NCBI GenBank assembly: GCA_004431415.1
Contig: QPMI01000197.1
Location: 1-64,000 of the forward strand
Length of the DNA stretch: 64,000 nt
Direction of reading: 5' to 3'
Origin: Cyanophora paradoxa CCMP329
Lineage: Eukaryota > Plantae > Glaucophyta
Part shown: positions 12,183 through 25,151 of the stretch, piece by piece
How the letters are laid out: every line of letters starts with the position of its first letter
Position numbering within the stretch: the first letter of the stretch is position 1
The notes under the pieces: generated by a model
What the model saw: the letters and a program-made list of their open reading frames with translations, nothing else
What the model was told of the DNA's origin: nothing
Databases searched by the model: none
Translations under genes and position numbers: made by a program

Positions 12183-15100
12183 TCATTTGAAATTAAATTC
12201 GAGTCTTCTGCCTGAGAAATCGACCACAACTGCAGTTTGAGCAGATTCATCAAAATAAGGAAACGACTTCTGTGCTGCTACTAAATGCTCGATGGATGGA
12301 GGAGGAACAATGCGAATGAGGTGTGGGTGTCTCCAGTCAGGGACTGTCTCGATTCGATACTGCTCGAATTCGTTCGGAAACAACCACTCTCTGGACTCCT
12401 GTTTCGAAGTATCAACAACATCGAGGTTTGCTAGAATGTTGTACTCGGGCAGCTCAAAAATGATGACATGCACTATGTGATGATTGGAAGCCTTGTCGCC
12501 ATGCTCCTTGAATTCGAAGAGTCCTCTGACGCGCCCGTACCTCCGGACTGGGATGAGAGTATCCGGTGGCAGCGATTCAAGTGCTTCCATTGAGAGATAA
12601 GATCGGCCAACTGGAAGTATACCCCGACCTCGAAGTTTGGATGCAGAAACGCTCTCGACAAAAGAAAACCATGACGTGTCATGTTTGCTCGAAGCCATAT
12701 CCACTCCAAAATAAACGAGCTCGTTTGCATAGAACGTTGTGTAGTACACTCCGACGTTTGCAGGAAATCCTATCCATTTCACATTCGATGACTCTTCCAA
12801 AACGCTTGTATCCTCGTACGACGGTTGAGGAGTCCAAATATCAGAATTCAGTTCCCCCCAGGCGCATCTATGTCTCAGTTAGAAGTGCAGGGAAGCTTCA
12901 GATAGTCTGATCCGGACACGCACCGTAGGGCTGCCTGTTCCGGAGCTTCTTCAATGTCATCCGGGTACAACTCTAACCCCTCCTCAAGTGCGTGCTTCTC
13001 GTGCATGAATCGTGCGAGTAAACGCGCAAGGGGGCGCAATTGGGGGGAATTTGAAGCTGCCTCGCGTCGCAGGTACGCATTAAGCAGATGCCCATATTGT
13101 GAATTTGGATCTTGTTCACTGGGAAAGCAGATTATTCCGGGTCAAATCCAGAATCAGCACAATAACGCGGAACAAAACAACACACCTCCCCTCTACTTTG
13201 TAGCCGTATCGTGTGTGGAACTTTGTATGAACTCCTTGGGACATAACACCTGGCATATTTCGTTTGACAGTTCGAATTATCGACCCAGTGCGATCGTCGT
13301 CCAAAAGCCCTGGAATGCGTCCCATGAAATCGTAGAAATGCTGCTCGAGCACAGCACATGACATTTTTTCCTTCCAAGCGGAAATAAGATTCTCGGAAGT
13401 GCCCGGAACACTGTGCTGCGCACCACATAGCGCCTTGCGGCGCTCGGAATCAAAGATGTTTGCGCTCCAATGCCAGGTAATGCCTTCATATCGTGCGCGC
13501 CTCTCTCAACTTGAGCAGCACAAACTGCATACGAGGGGCCTAGCGTTGCCATATGGTCAATCCTGCAAGCGTAGCAATGGTAAGATGAACGCCTACATGC
13601 TATGCAATGCAAGCAAGCAATGGAAAAAAACTAACATGCACGGAAGAAACTCATTCATTGTTGTCCAGAAGCTAATTGGGCGATAGTGTCGTTGCATTCC
13701 GTGAACTATCGCAGCAAGTTTGCGAAGCTCAAGCACATAGTCCTTCCACAAAACCTGAAAATATGTCGATAATTGAGAGATTGATTGAAGCTTGGAAACA
13801 CTTTTGCACTCGTTGCCCGAAGCAAGTCGAGTTCGTTCATCATGAGAATTCTATAGAGGGAATTGGTGTTGTCCAAATCGCTATCAAGAGTTGCACGAAG
13901 GACTGATAAGACGCGCGGCAGTTCAGAAAACTTGTTCGTTATTTTAGCTGTTGTCAAAAAGTCCGGATCGCGAAACTGCTTGCATTTCAGAGAACGTCGT
14001 TTTCAAAAAGTAGCTCGAGTAGGCCTCACCTCAGAGCTCGAGTAGTGCATCCACGTAGAGTGGGTTGCTGCGATCCTACAAGCATGTTTCAGTTTTGGAG
14101 TTCCCAGATACGCGTATTGCTGGAGATCGTCTCGAATTCGGAACGTCAACGCCGGATCAAACCTGTATGAACTCCTGTTGCAGTGTAAATCAATCGCTTA
14201 ATCGAGCAATAAGAAATGATAATGTACTGAATAATGCTGTCAAGCTTTGCTTGGGCGGATTCATCATGCGGAAGAGCGATACCAGAGAGAAAGGTGAGCC
14301 CTACTCGTTGAAAAGCATGCATTTGGTCCAGATGACGAGCTCCACATCTGAGCACATCCAAATCGTAATGGTGCTGCCCAGCACGTAAAAATTCACTATC
14401 GAAAGCGGAGAAGTCCTGTGGAGGTCCAAGGAGGAATCCAGGAAAATTTGCCGTTTCAGCGAGACCGAGAACACCTTCTCGATTATCAGGGACACCACCT
14501 CGATAATCAGGGATCTGATTACCTCTGTTATCGTCTTTTAGAAACTCCTGTAGCTCTTTTTTTGTTTTCAAACCACGCATATTGTCTTGTCGAGCGTTCT
14601 CTGCGTCAATGCCTCGCTGACGCTGGAGGCGGGAAGAATGTTAATGAATTCGAAGTATTCTGATGTCGAAATTCGAAACAAACCATAAGCGCGTCTGTTC
14701 GTGCAGGAGCGGGCCCATCATCCTTCTTTGTAAACATGCACTTGTCGCGCCGCCAGTCACCGGCAGGAAGCTCCCAGCACTGTTTGAACTGTGGGTTGCG
14801 AGTTGTTGGCCCAGACAGGACTGACTCTTTTTCTGTAAAGGGATTGCCATATACTGCGTTGAATTGTTCTGTTCAACACAAGCTTAATATAATGACAAGG
14901 AATAGAAAAAGTTGTGAAAAGAAATAAACATACTGAGACGGGCAGATCCGACCTGACCAGGGAGATCGTCGATGTTAAGAACACAACTGAAATATGCATG
15001 CTCAATATCGTTCGTGTCGCAATTCCTATATGGCACGCTTTTTACCATTAAGTCATGGATTGGCGAAAAATGGAATACAAAGCTCTACCCAGTTGCTTTT

Positions 15101-16648
15101 GAAGAGCATGGATCCACTTCTTTTAGCCATGGGGTTAAAAATAACCGAAAAAGGCCGTTGAAGTTGTGAACTTTTCCGTCGATTAGGAAAGCCAGTACGC
15201 TCAATTTTTCTCTGCGCTCTTCGTGAGCAACGGACATGTACAAGGACACGGATTGGCGGAACGCAACCGAAAATGTGGATGTGCTGTCATGGGGATCAGA
15301 AATATTGGCGTGAAACTCCCGTAATCTTTTCCAGTCCTGTCCCAAAACATGTTTGCAAATCCTAAATATTTGAAGGGATATAAAACGGACCAGAGGTTCT
15401 TTACTGCCGCGTCAGTTGAATACGCAAGAAGCACGCAAATTCCCCGCTTCTTTCCATTTTCTGGGAGAAGTACTCTTCCATCTTTCACGTAGTAGCGAAA
15501 GTGATCTGAATCCGTGTAGTCTCGAACCAGGGTTTGACGCGTCTCCCAGTTGCTGAAGGTGCAGTAGTAAGGTGGAGGAGAATCACGTTCTGACGAGGCC
15601 CGCTGGGCTCCGAACCTGACGAAGTCAGAGGGAGAAGAACCACGAAAACTCGAAACATACATGAAACGCTTCAATAGTTGTGGATTGTTCAGAAATACTT
15701 GCCAGGATTGGCTCAAAGGAAAAAAGAAGCCTCGAGTTGCAGTTCTATACTCAGTGCCACCACAAAGACATGGCGCATTCTTGCTCGCACCACCACTTCT
15801 CGAATCGTCTTCAATCCAGACTGTATCGCAAAATGAACCGAGATTCCTGGAGCTCTCGTTCGCTGTGCAAAGGCGAAACCTAATGAAAGGCTGCAGAATG
15901 TTGAGTTCGCTGTGCGGAACCATTCGTCATAAAACTTACCTCAGCGAATACCGAGACGCGATTCATCATCGAACGCCAGCCGACCAGGCGGACAGGATTT
16001 GGTAACTTGAGAAAGCACTGATTCAAAAAGTTGCTGATATAGCTGAAACTCTCGATAGGAATTTGCGGAAACCGAGTCTTGAGCCTCGAACAAAACGCAG
16101 TGTAGCAAGCTTCCTGTATCGAACGACGATAAGATAGTGTCTGGAATAAATTACGGTTTCAGTAGCATTGTACGAACTGTTATTGGGCAGTCTGTGAAAA
16201 GAGCACTTGTATAATCCTCAGGTTTCGAGCGTTCAAGATCCGAAGATAGAGATTGATCAGAGTTCTCAGCATACTCTTGCCAGATCTCATCAGATTCGGT
16301 GAGGTTCCCAGAATCATCAGGTTCAATTCCATTTTCATGTGCTGGAGATGCTTCTGCCTGTCTTGCCTGCAGCGCCTCGATCGCCTGTTTACGTTGACGT
16401 TTTTGGCGCTCTCTATACTCTGTTGTTTTTGGTAGGGCAACATGTACAGTTCCTCGAGATTCTCGGCTGGGAACCCAGCCGTCGCGTAATCGTCCAGACG
16501 CCGAGTATCGCGCTATCCGAGTGCGTAATGCCGGCCGTGCACCGAATCCATAGAAAGCTTTCATTCTATGCATCGCGCTTGTGCGAACCGACACCAGGGC
16601 GCCTTTGCATTCTGAGCAAAAGCAAGGCTGTGCTTCTTTCACGTTCAT
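12183..16648 (-). CDS. CACTA/En-Spm TnpD-like transposase, multi-exon
   Basis: Motifs occur in the expected order: N-terminal CFCSECKGALVSVRTSAMH zinc knuckle; C..CG..Y...FFFPL; ICVLLAYSTDA (LxxxTDG-like first Asp); FLTPWLKEV (FLxPLVxEL-like); VLNIDDLPG at about 14960 (DxPA-like); GVLG...LDQMH (DxMH); HMATLGPSYAVCAAQVERG (DUF4218-like GPx7ER). Inclusion of ORF 12183..12800 is uncertain. Confidence 0.75.
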
Positions 16649-17231
16649 GACTGTTTATCTGCGCTGGCTTGTACTTGTTACTCTTAAAGCTTGGAATGTT
16701 ATGGTAAACACAGCATGGCAGACGGGAAGTGATCATGAGGGTACGTGTGGTTGGTCGGGGTACGCGATCCATCATTCGAAAGCAACAGACTGGACATTGC
16801 AGCGTAGCAGCCGACTGAAAGAGCTGTCAGACAATTGCTAGAAGCTCTCTCGGTGCTGTTCGGTCGCAACCTTTCCCTCCACGGCCGCCCAGAGACGGGC
16901 CGGCATTCGAGGTGCTTCGGTGGTTCGCCAATGCAAGTCCATCCTGCCTTGTCTTAAATCTTCACTTCTCACTTATACACTGCTCTGCAGAACCATGCTG
17001 CTTCCCACGCCACCGCGCACGGTGGAAACGAGACGACTTGCCCATTGTTACGGCATCAAACGCGCCGAGGCGTATCAACTTGCCATACAGTTCAAAGCTG
17101 CATTAGAATCGTGCGCTCATTCGAATGGGTTCGAATCACGCCGGCGTTCTGAAATCGTGCAGGCCTGGCGACCCATTGTCGTCTGAGGACGCAGACCTTC
17201 GTAGGGACGCCGCGGAGAAGTGGCGTGAAGA

Positions 17232-20200
17232 GTGCGCTTCGATTGCTGTTGTTTATCTGCTGCTCCTTATGATTTGCTGTGCATGCGCAGTCTCGGAACT
17301 AAAGTGCAGGAGTGTTTGAGCGCTCGGACAGCGTTACAGCACGCAGCCGGAACCGAGAAAGGCCTCTCTTTGGAAGCAAGTCCCGAGGAGAACCTGTGTT
17401 CTTTTTCCTTCGAGCTCCTCAGCGCTGTTGAGCAACTCCATAACATCCGAAGAGCGGAGTTGGACGCTTCAAACCCCGACTCGTTCGCTCGTCTCCTTGC
17501 GTATTTGCGCATTGGTCGCTGGGTAATGATGAGAACGAGATCGCAGGATTCTGCAACTCGCGACTCTTTCGAAAAAGACGAAATTATGGGTTGTAAAGCT
17601 TTTCCAGGAGTTTCAAGGTTCGTATGCCTCCAAATGCCTCAAATGCCTCAAATGATCTTTTTCTCATCGCAGATATTCGTGGCAAGTGTAACGTCGCTCT
17701 TCATCATTCTGACGATAGTTTGAATCCTTCAGCTTCGGACGGCAATCAGGGTTTGCGCCCCCGATTCTTTTTTACTTTTCTGACGACATCGAAAAAGTTT
17801 TGCAGACTTCAAGCTCAAGCAGCAGGGCTGTCGGGAGTTCACTCGAGCGTTCAATTAAATCGGAGGTCGACATAACTGACCAAGAGAACGGTGCAATCCT
17901 TTTGGGACATCTTGCGTTCTGTTCAAATTTCCCTTCGTACAGTAAAGCCGATCTCAAACGCCGCTTCTTCTTCTGGTTTTCGTTAACCTATTCCTGGCAG
18001 GTGCATCTCATAAACTGTCTGATCTCCGCTCTTCTCCTTCCAGAGATTCAGGTCTGGTTTCCTGCATGAAGCGCTTGTCAGACACGTTTTTAATACTAAA
18101 GCAGAATCGAAAGCCATGCCGTTCCCGTTTCCTCAGCTGCAGCGCATGCCCTTCCCGCTGGCAAACACTCCCTCCATCAAAGTGGAAGGCGTGACTCTAA
18201 TACTGTTTTTTGACGTCGTTAATTCTTTATAATGCTTTCAATGCAGGATCACCGGCGTCTTCTCTCGCATCAGAAAAGCAAACATCTCTTTCGTCATGTA
18301 CAGCTGAAGTTCATGAAATGAAACGCCTTTTTCCTGGAGACCAAGATTGTACTTCGCGTGTGTCTGTTCTCCCATCTGCGATCGAAAGCTTTAATTTGAC
18401 TCGTTTCGCGACCTTTAGTTGCTTCCGACCTCTTGACTATGAAGCGTGAGAATTTCAACTTCATGGCTTCAAGGTGTGCACCTCTTTGCGAATCTGTGCA
18501 CCCCTAATTTGGAGGAATCATGCACCTAGCAGGCTCGAGGCGGCAGAAAACAATTTGCACGAGCAGCCTCAAGCAACTGAGCTGCTTCGTCTGGGAAAAG
18601 CTCTGATTCGAGAAATTGGAAGCTTCATCGAAAATCGCGAAACTACAAGGTGCGATCTATTTTGTTCATTTCTCCATTTTTTGTACCTTATCCTGTACAG
18701 CCTCTCACCCAATCAAATACTTCTTCAAACAAAGCGTGAGCGAGAACTTGCAGTTTCGATCCGACAAATTAAATCCGGTATTATTTCAATCAATCAATTT
18801 CCTTTCTTTATTCTTTATTCAAGAATTCTTTATTGTATCAGAAATCCAAGCGTCTTTTCCAACTCTCACGGAAGGCCTCGACATGACAATGGAGGATTTT
18901 ATGAACTTCGGTTGGAAAATCGGTTTCTGGGATTTGATCGCTTACATTTATCCGCACACTCAGATGGTCGACTGAAGAAGGTTCTCCTTCTGTGCGCCGA
19001 AGTATCCAATCAACCTCAAAAATTCATCGAAAGGCAAGTGTTTTACTGGCGATTTTATTGAGGTTATTGACGATCACTTCTCAGGGTCGATGGACTCAAG
19101 GACTCGTTTGCGAGAGATACGTCATTAGCAAAATGCCTTCAAATCGCAACGACACTTGCCCATCAATTGACATGTGTTCAAGAAGCTATCACTTCTATAG
19201 CTTCCAAAACGAAACTTCGCGGCGACCGCGAACTTAGTGGAGCTGACGAGTTCGTTTTGTTTTTTGGTACAGGTTGTGTTCCTTAACCGTTTTGCAGGCT
19301 TGAACTTGAAGAGCTTCAAAGAGCTATCACAGATGAAGAGGATCGGAAGAATACTCTTCTATCTGTTGTGAAAGACCTGAGAGGGAAGTTCGAAACCTGT
19401 ACGTCGTCGGATTTTCGCTCTGCGGTCAGTTTTGAAGAAATTTACCTTGCGCTCAGCTGTGAGTGAGATTCGGGAACGCCAAATCGGACCTTGCGAAGAC
19501 TCGACGCCGAGTAAATATAAATGGGGTAACCCGCTTGCTGATCAATTCGCCGAACTTACGGCTCGAAAGCCAAAATGTGCAGATCCGTGTTTCTCATCGT
19601 CATTTCTGGTTTTTTATATTCACCATGATTTCTTGCTTTCAGACACAAGTAAAGAATTCCAGAAAATGGAAACTCCAATGGATTCGTGGCCTCTCAGTGT
19701 ACCTCTCCTACACGAAGTATGCGTAAAGCTTTTTTGTGCGTTTTCTTTTTTTCTTCGAGGAGCTTCATTTTCAAATCAAAGCTTAATACAGGTTTGAAAA
19801 ACGTCGGAGTGAACGGATATCGTGAAATTTCCGATATAACGATCAGCGCATTTCTTTCAAAGCTCATCGACCATTTTGGCACATATCGATTTCAAGGATC
19901 GAACGCTGAACTGGTACTTTTTTTTATTTTTCTCAGTCTTGACATTAACAGCGCAAATCAGCGCAACCATATTCTTCAATTTCAACAGTTTTTTGTCGAT
20001 GCCAAGTACGATATCAAAGTACCTGACGACCACATTTTCGCATCACCACCGGAAGGTTAGATTGATCGATATTCACTTGCCTTCAAATTCTCATTTTTGC
20101 ACAGGATGTGGTTTTCTGGTAAAGCATCGGGAGGGGAAAAAATATACAAAGTCGGACAATATCCGGATTTTTGACGAAGCTTTAATGCCCATCATCTTCT

Positions 20201-22189
20201 GCCTCTGGAGAGCGATTTGCGAGCCGAGGCCGTCTGACTTCTCGAATTGTTATCCCGGTACAAACCTCGAGATTGTCGACTGTAGGTGCTTATGTATTCC
20301 ATTGTTGGCAGGACTTCGTTCAAGAATCATACTCGTTATCAAGTTTCTTGCACATAAACTTCAGGTATTTGAAATTCTTCTACAATCACAGGAACCTTAC
20401 AAACTTTAACAATCACAGGAACCTTACACGGATCATGTTGCCCAAAAGTATCTGAACTACCGACTCTGGCTATGGCGAAAAGACAAGCGGTCTTCGCTCG
20501 CACTTTTAGACGTAAGCCTCTGAATATTTTTTCGAAGATGTCATCGGTTGAGATCATTAAATACTTCTGAACAATATTTCAAGGAGTCATCCGGTGAGAT
20601 CATTGGCTACGACTCCCCGCAACACCGGAAGTACTTGGTGAAGAAAAAAACCAATATCGATGCAAAGACTAAGGATCTCACCCGGACCGTACATGCTGCC
20701 GATTGGCGTTCGTTTTTGCATTTTGATTACTTCGAATTCATTTGGACTCTGACAACATTTTTGCAGTGACGCCGTTTCTCAAATCAGATGGCGCTGTTCA
20801 GATGTGGGATGGAGAATGCGAATCGAAAAGTGTCAACAAGGACGCGAGCAGACCTCTTTTGCCATTTGGCGCATTGGTTAACCTTTATTATCCAAGAACT
20901 GACTCAACTGGCAATGTCACGAAAGAGTTTGTTGCCGCTGGGATGTACACTGGTCGAGTGAACATCGAGCTTCTTGTCAAGAAACATGGCATCATCTTGC
21001 CAAAGGTTTGATCGTTGTTTGCTTTTTATAACTTCTAACTGTTCTTTCAGGACAGTCATGGAGTCTCCGTTGAACATCTGGTCGTTGTTATGACGGCGAG
21101 ACGCATTGGTATGAAAGTTCCATGGCATTTTCAGGATCTTAGAGTCTCGTCTGTCCAGCAAACGAATGCGGTATGCCTTCAATTTCAGCGAATGACTTCA
21201 ATTTTTTTCAAATCCAACTTATATTGCAGCCCAATATGGAAAGCATCTCGGGACGGTTCAAATCAATCTTCTGGAGAGCTGACCTGATCGAAGAGACTCC
21301 TGTGCATGACGAACCAAGCGTCAACGAACCGTCCATGTCGCTCGTTGAACACGATCCAGTGCGTGCAAGTGAAAAATGATCAGTCAAACATTTGATTGCT
21401 CGCAGTTCGCAGCAATTCCACATAAGCGCCAAAGAAGACCACGCGTGAGACCGCCGAAGGCCGAAAAGGGCGAAGATTCCGATCAAAACGCGATTGACGA
21501 TGACGATGACAAAATATCCAAACAGAGCCTTGAACCAGCGACGAGAGGATACAAACGTCCTGGGTCGTCGAGCAATGGTTCAGATGAAAGGTACGCTTTA
21601 AATGTCACAAGAAAGATTTGTCGTTTGTTATTTACTCTCCAAAGAACGACTGGCGCGAAGAAGCAACGAGCAGTTCAACTCCAGCATTCCAAGGTCTGTT
21701 TGTGATGATTTTACCATTCTTTGTGACGCCGGCCATGAAATGCGCAGGTTGCGGTTGTGATTAAGCCAAAATCTCAAAGGTATTTATCTCAATGCCAACA
21801 ACTTCGTGACGAAATGGTGTTAAGGTCAAGACCTGATGTGCCCGAGTCCAAGCGTGTAAGTATTCCCGTGTAAGTCCAAGACCTGAACGCTTATGTGTTT
21901 TCAGGTCAAACGTGTTTTGATCAAGCTTCCGCTTCAATCTGTTGCTCGACGAATCAAAGCAGACAAGCGCAAGCTGGGTGAACCTCCTTGTTTCAGAGAG
22001 GTGGAAATGGATGAGTACGACGGCTGGAATCGCTTCAATTTATTGCGGAGATCCGCTCAGCGCGACGAAAGCGAATATAACTGGGAGATGACTGAAACTG
22101 GCGAACTCGTTGTTGTTGGTGTTGGTTTTGTTATTCCTGAACCCAAGAGTGGGAAGCGTGCGTTAGACTTCGCCTCAGACGTGCGTTAG
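17232..22189 (+). CDS. Long multi-exon gene of unknown function, divergent from the transposase (candidate TnpA-like accessory gene)
   Basis: A run of protein-like segments (ELLRLGKALIREIGSFIENRETTR; EIQASFPTLTEGLDMTMEDFMNFG; LVNLYYPRTDSTGNVTKEFVAAGMYTG) is separated by short T-rich gt...ag stretches. No family recognised, and boundaries are approximate. Confidence 0.45.
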
Positions 22190-23540
22190 ACTTCGCCTTA
22201 ACATTAAATTCGCAGTGATTTACGAGCATCGACTTCCTGCGGTTAACAAGGTCGAGAAAATTCGGACTTGGTCGACTTTTGTTATAACTGAGATCAACAA
22301 ATTCATCAAAGGCGCAATTCTTGATTCTGCGTTCATGTACGCGGTAATGTTTCTTTATCAGTGTGATAGTTCCTTACGATTTGCACAGGTCACATGTTGT
22401 CAAAGAACATCAGCTCAACGCTCTTAGTCGAGAGAGCTGTAAATTTCTCCCGCACGCCTTGTTCGACCACATATCTGACGACATTTCCAAAAATGTGAGT
22501 AAATGTGATTTTTAATTATGATATGAAAATTTGACGTCATTTGTTTTTTCGCAGTACACCCTTCCTGCCATTTTTTTAGAAGATTATCCAGAAGAGAACA
22601 CATGGCAAGATCATACGGATATTTTTGTCGATTCCTCACACACCTCCTCACACACCACCGCTCCCCTCATGAAGCCAAACGGTTCGCAACAATGCGCAGG
22701 CGGTTCACCCGGTTTTGTAAATGTCAGTTTTTCCAGTGAACACGCAAGCAGATCGTTCTGGCGTTCAAGGTGTGACCGTCTTCAAATCTCTTTAATGTAT
22801 CGATATTTTCGACAGAAGCTAACGACGGAGTCAATGGACACGACATTTTATCGACTTTAGATGAACTGGAGGATAACGCTCAAATTTCTTGACACAAACT
22901 GTAGTAACAGTTTCTAGTGTCAACAATTATATTTTTCGTTTTAACACCTCCACTCGCCTTCTGATTCTCGCAGGTTGTCGAGCGCGGGCTGAAACGTGGC
23001 CGGGGGGTGGGGGGTGGGGGGGGGGGGGGGGGGGGCGGGGGCGGGGCGGGGCGGGGGGGGGGGGGGGGGGGGCTTGGGGCGGGGGAGGGGACTTACACCC
23101 CAGCACCATCGTTCAAGACATCCACCAAGACATCCCCAGACACAAGAACCAAGAACCCAAGAACCCAAGATACTTATTCTTCATACTTCATACTCATTCT
23201 TCTAGATACACACACATACTACTCTCCACTTTTCCAAGTACCAGTACCTTCTACTCTTCTACTCTCTTCTACTACACACCTACTCTTCCATCCAGTCCCA
23301 AGTACCCAAGTGCAAGACATATAGACATCCACCAAGCTTGGAGAGGGGACGGGCTAAGTGGGCACTGGTGGAGGGGAGGGGACTTCGTTTCCCCTGTTTT
23401 TCAGTTATTATTCTCTTTCAAGAATTTGTTTCGCGCACCCTTTTTAGATTAAAACCCAAGATACTCATTCTTCATACTTCATACTCATTCTTAGACTTCC
23501 ATTTACTCTTCCACACACACTCAAGGCCAACCAACCTCAT

Positions 23541-24492
23541 AGCTCCATAGTTCAAGACGTCCACCAGTGCGAGGCACAAGAACCCAAGCTTGATACTCAT
23601 TCTTCATACTTCATACTCATACTCCTCTAAGAAATCATCGCGCCTCACGGTTCGTGCGCGTCCAGCGTACCCCACATCCCCAGCTTCCTTTTCAACAACT
23701 GGATCATGTTTTATATTGTCCTCTTTCTCAGATTTCCCAACGAAATCGACGTCTCCGCAAGTCCCTTTGTTCATACGGCTTTCGAAGTTTGCGGAACACG
23801 GACCTTTCCCAACCGACGGGCCACTCAAGGCACCACATGAGACCAACAAAACGTGCAATCAAGGCCAACCGACCTCATAGAACAAGATCCACACACACCC
23901 CAGCTCCATAGTTCAAGACGTCCACCAGTGCAAGACACAAGAACCCAAGCTTGATACTCATTCTTCATACTTCATACTCATACTCCTCTAAGAAATCATC
24001 GCGCCCCACGGTTCGTGCGCGTCCAGCGTACCCACATCCCCAGCTTCCTTTTCAACAACTGGATCATGTTTTATATTGTCCTCTTTCTCAGATTTCCCAA
24101 CGAAATCGACGTCTCCGCAAGTCCCTTTGTTCATACGGCTTTCGAAGTTTGCGGAACACGGACCTTTCCCAACCGACGGGCCACTCAAGGCACCACATGA
24201 GACCAACAAAACGTGCAATCAAGGCCAACCGACCTCATAGAACAAGATCCACACACACCCCAGCTCCATAGTTCAAGACGTCCACCAGTGCAAGACACAA
24301 GAACCCAAGCTTGATACTCATTCTTCATACTTCATACTCATACTCCTCTAAGAAATCATCGCGCCTCACGGTTCGTGCGCGTCCAGCGTACCCCACATCC
24401 CCAGCTTCCTTTTCAACAACTGGATCATGTTTTATATTGTCCTCTTTCTCAGATTTCCCAACGAAATCGACGTCTCCGCAAGTCCCTTTGTT
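23541..24492. repeat. 360/361-bp tandem repeat, about 2.6 copies
   Basis: agctccatagttcaagacgtccaccagtgc starts at 23541, 23902 and 24262, and the copies are near-identical. Confidence 0.95.
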
Positions 24493-24960
24493 CGTCCGGC
24501 TCGAGCTCAACCTCGAGCCTTTCCAAGCTGCTCATGGTTCGAGCCTTTCCAACCTCGTCCTCAACCTCGAGCCTTACCAAGCTGCTCATGGTTCGAGCCT
24601 TTCCAAGCTGTTTTTATAATTTCGTTAAATGTGCTTCTCATTCGCAGAATGATTGCACCAATCCGTCAACTTCTGGAGAGTTCGCCAATGCGTTCAACAA
24701 AGTCCGCAGTTCCAGCCAGTGCCAACAAGCTCAAGGTTCGAGGTGCGGGACACATTCGTCTCTTCTTCGGGACCTGCCTTATCCTTTCCCAGATAAATAT
24801 ATATGCATTATAGCTAGATATACGCAGGAGGTATTCTGTGCGACAGCTTTTTCTAGTCAAACTTATTCAGCTACATGTGTGATGGAATTTAAACATTAAA
24901 TCAAATAGCCACACGCCGCTGGGATGAAAAGAACGAGTGGGCCAGTTGGCAACGTTCGCT

Positions 24961-25151
24961 ATTACACCGACCCCTATTACACCGACCCCTATTACACCGA
25001 CCCCTATTACACCGACCCCTATTACACCGACCCCTATTACACCGACCTGGTCGGAGTAATCGCCCGTGGGAAAACACCGACCTTGTCGGTGTACTAAAGG
25101 TCGGCGAAGCACTATTACTCAGTCGGCGTACCAGCACATGATCTCCCAGTG
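24961..25151. repeat. Subterminal repeats and terminus of the CACTA element
   Basis: The 15-mer attacaccgacccct occurs 5 times plus a partial copy (24961-25047). It is followed by the inverted ggtcggagtaat (25049-25060), further ccgac/gtcgg copies at about 25072, 25085, 25099 and 25121, and the terminal cagtg (25147-25151). Confidence 0.9.

Larger units (their letters stand above)
1116..25151. mobile_element. Giant CACTA/En-Spm (CMC superfamily) DNA transposon, right end at 25151, left end not seen
   Basis: AT-richer island. The right terminus ...gatctcccagtg (reverse complement CACTGGGAGATC) lies exactly where identity to the uninterrupted paralog (48807 onward) begins. Subterminal repeats are at 24961-25131, and TnpD-like transposase motifs are at 13.3-16.6 kb. 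Confidence 0.85.

Noticed and set aside
23000-23090. Poly-G tract as a functional G-quadruplex or Gly-rich protein
   Set aside because: Similar homopolymer G/C runs occur throughout the window and their lengths are unreliable. There is no specific support.
24867-25112. ORFs with GVIGV or GRCNR pentapeptide repeats
   Set aside because: These are translations of the 15-bp subterminal DNA repeat of the transposon.
1116-25151. Endogenous giant virus, Polinton or Helitron
   Set aside because: I see no capsid, pPolB, packaging ATPase, integrase or Rep/helicase motifs. The CACTG end, subterminal repeats and TnpD motifs fit a CMC element better.
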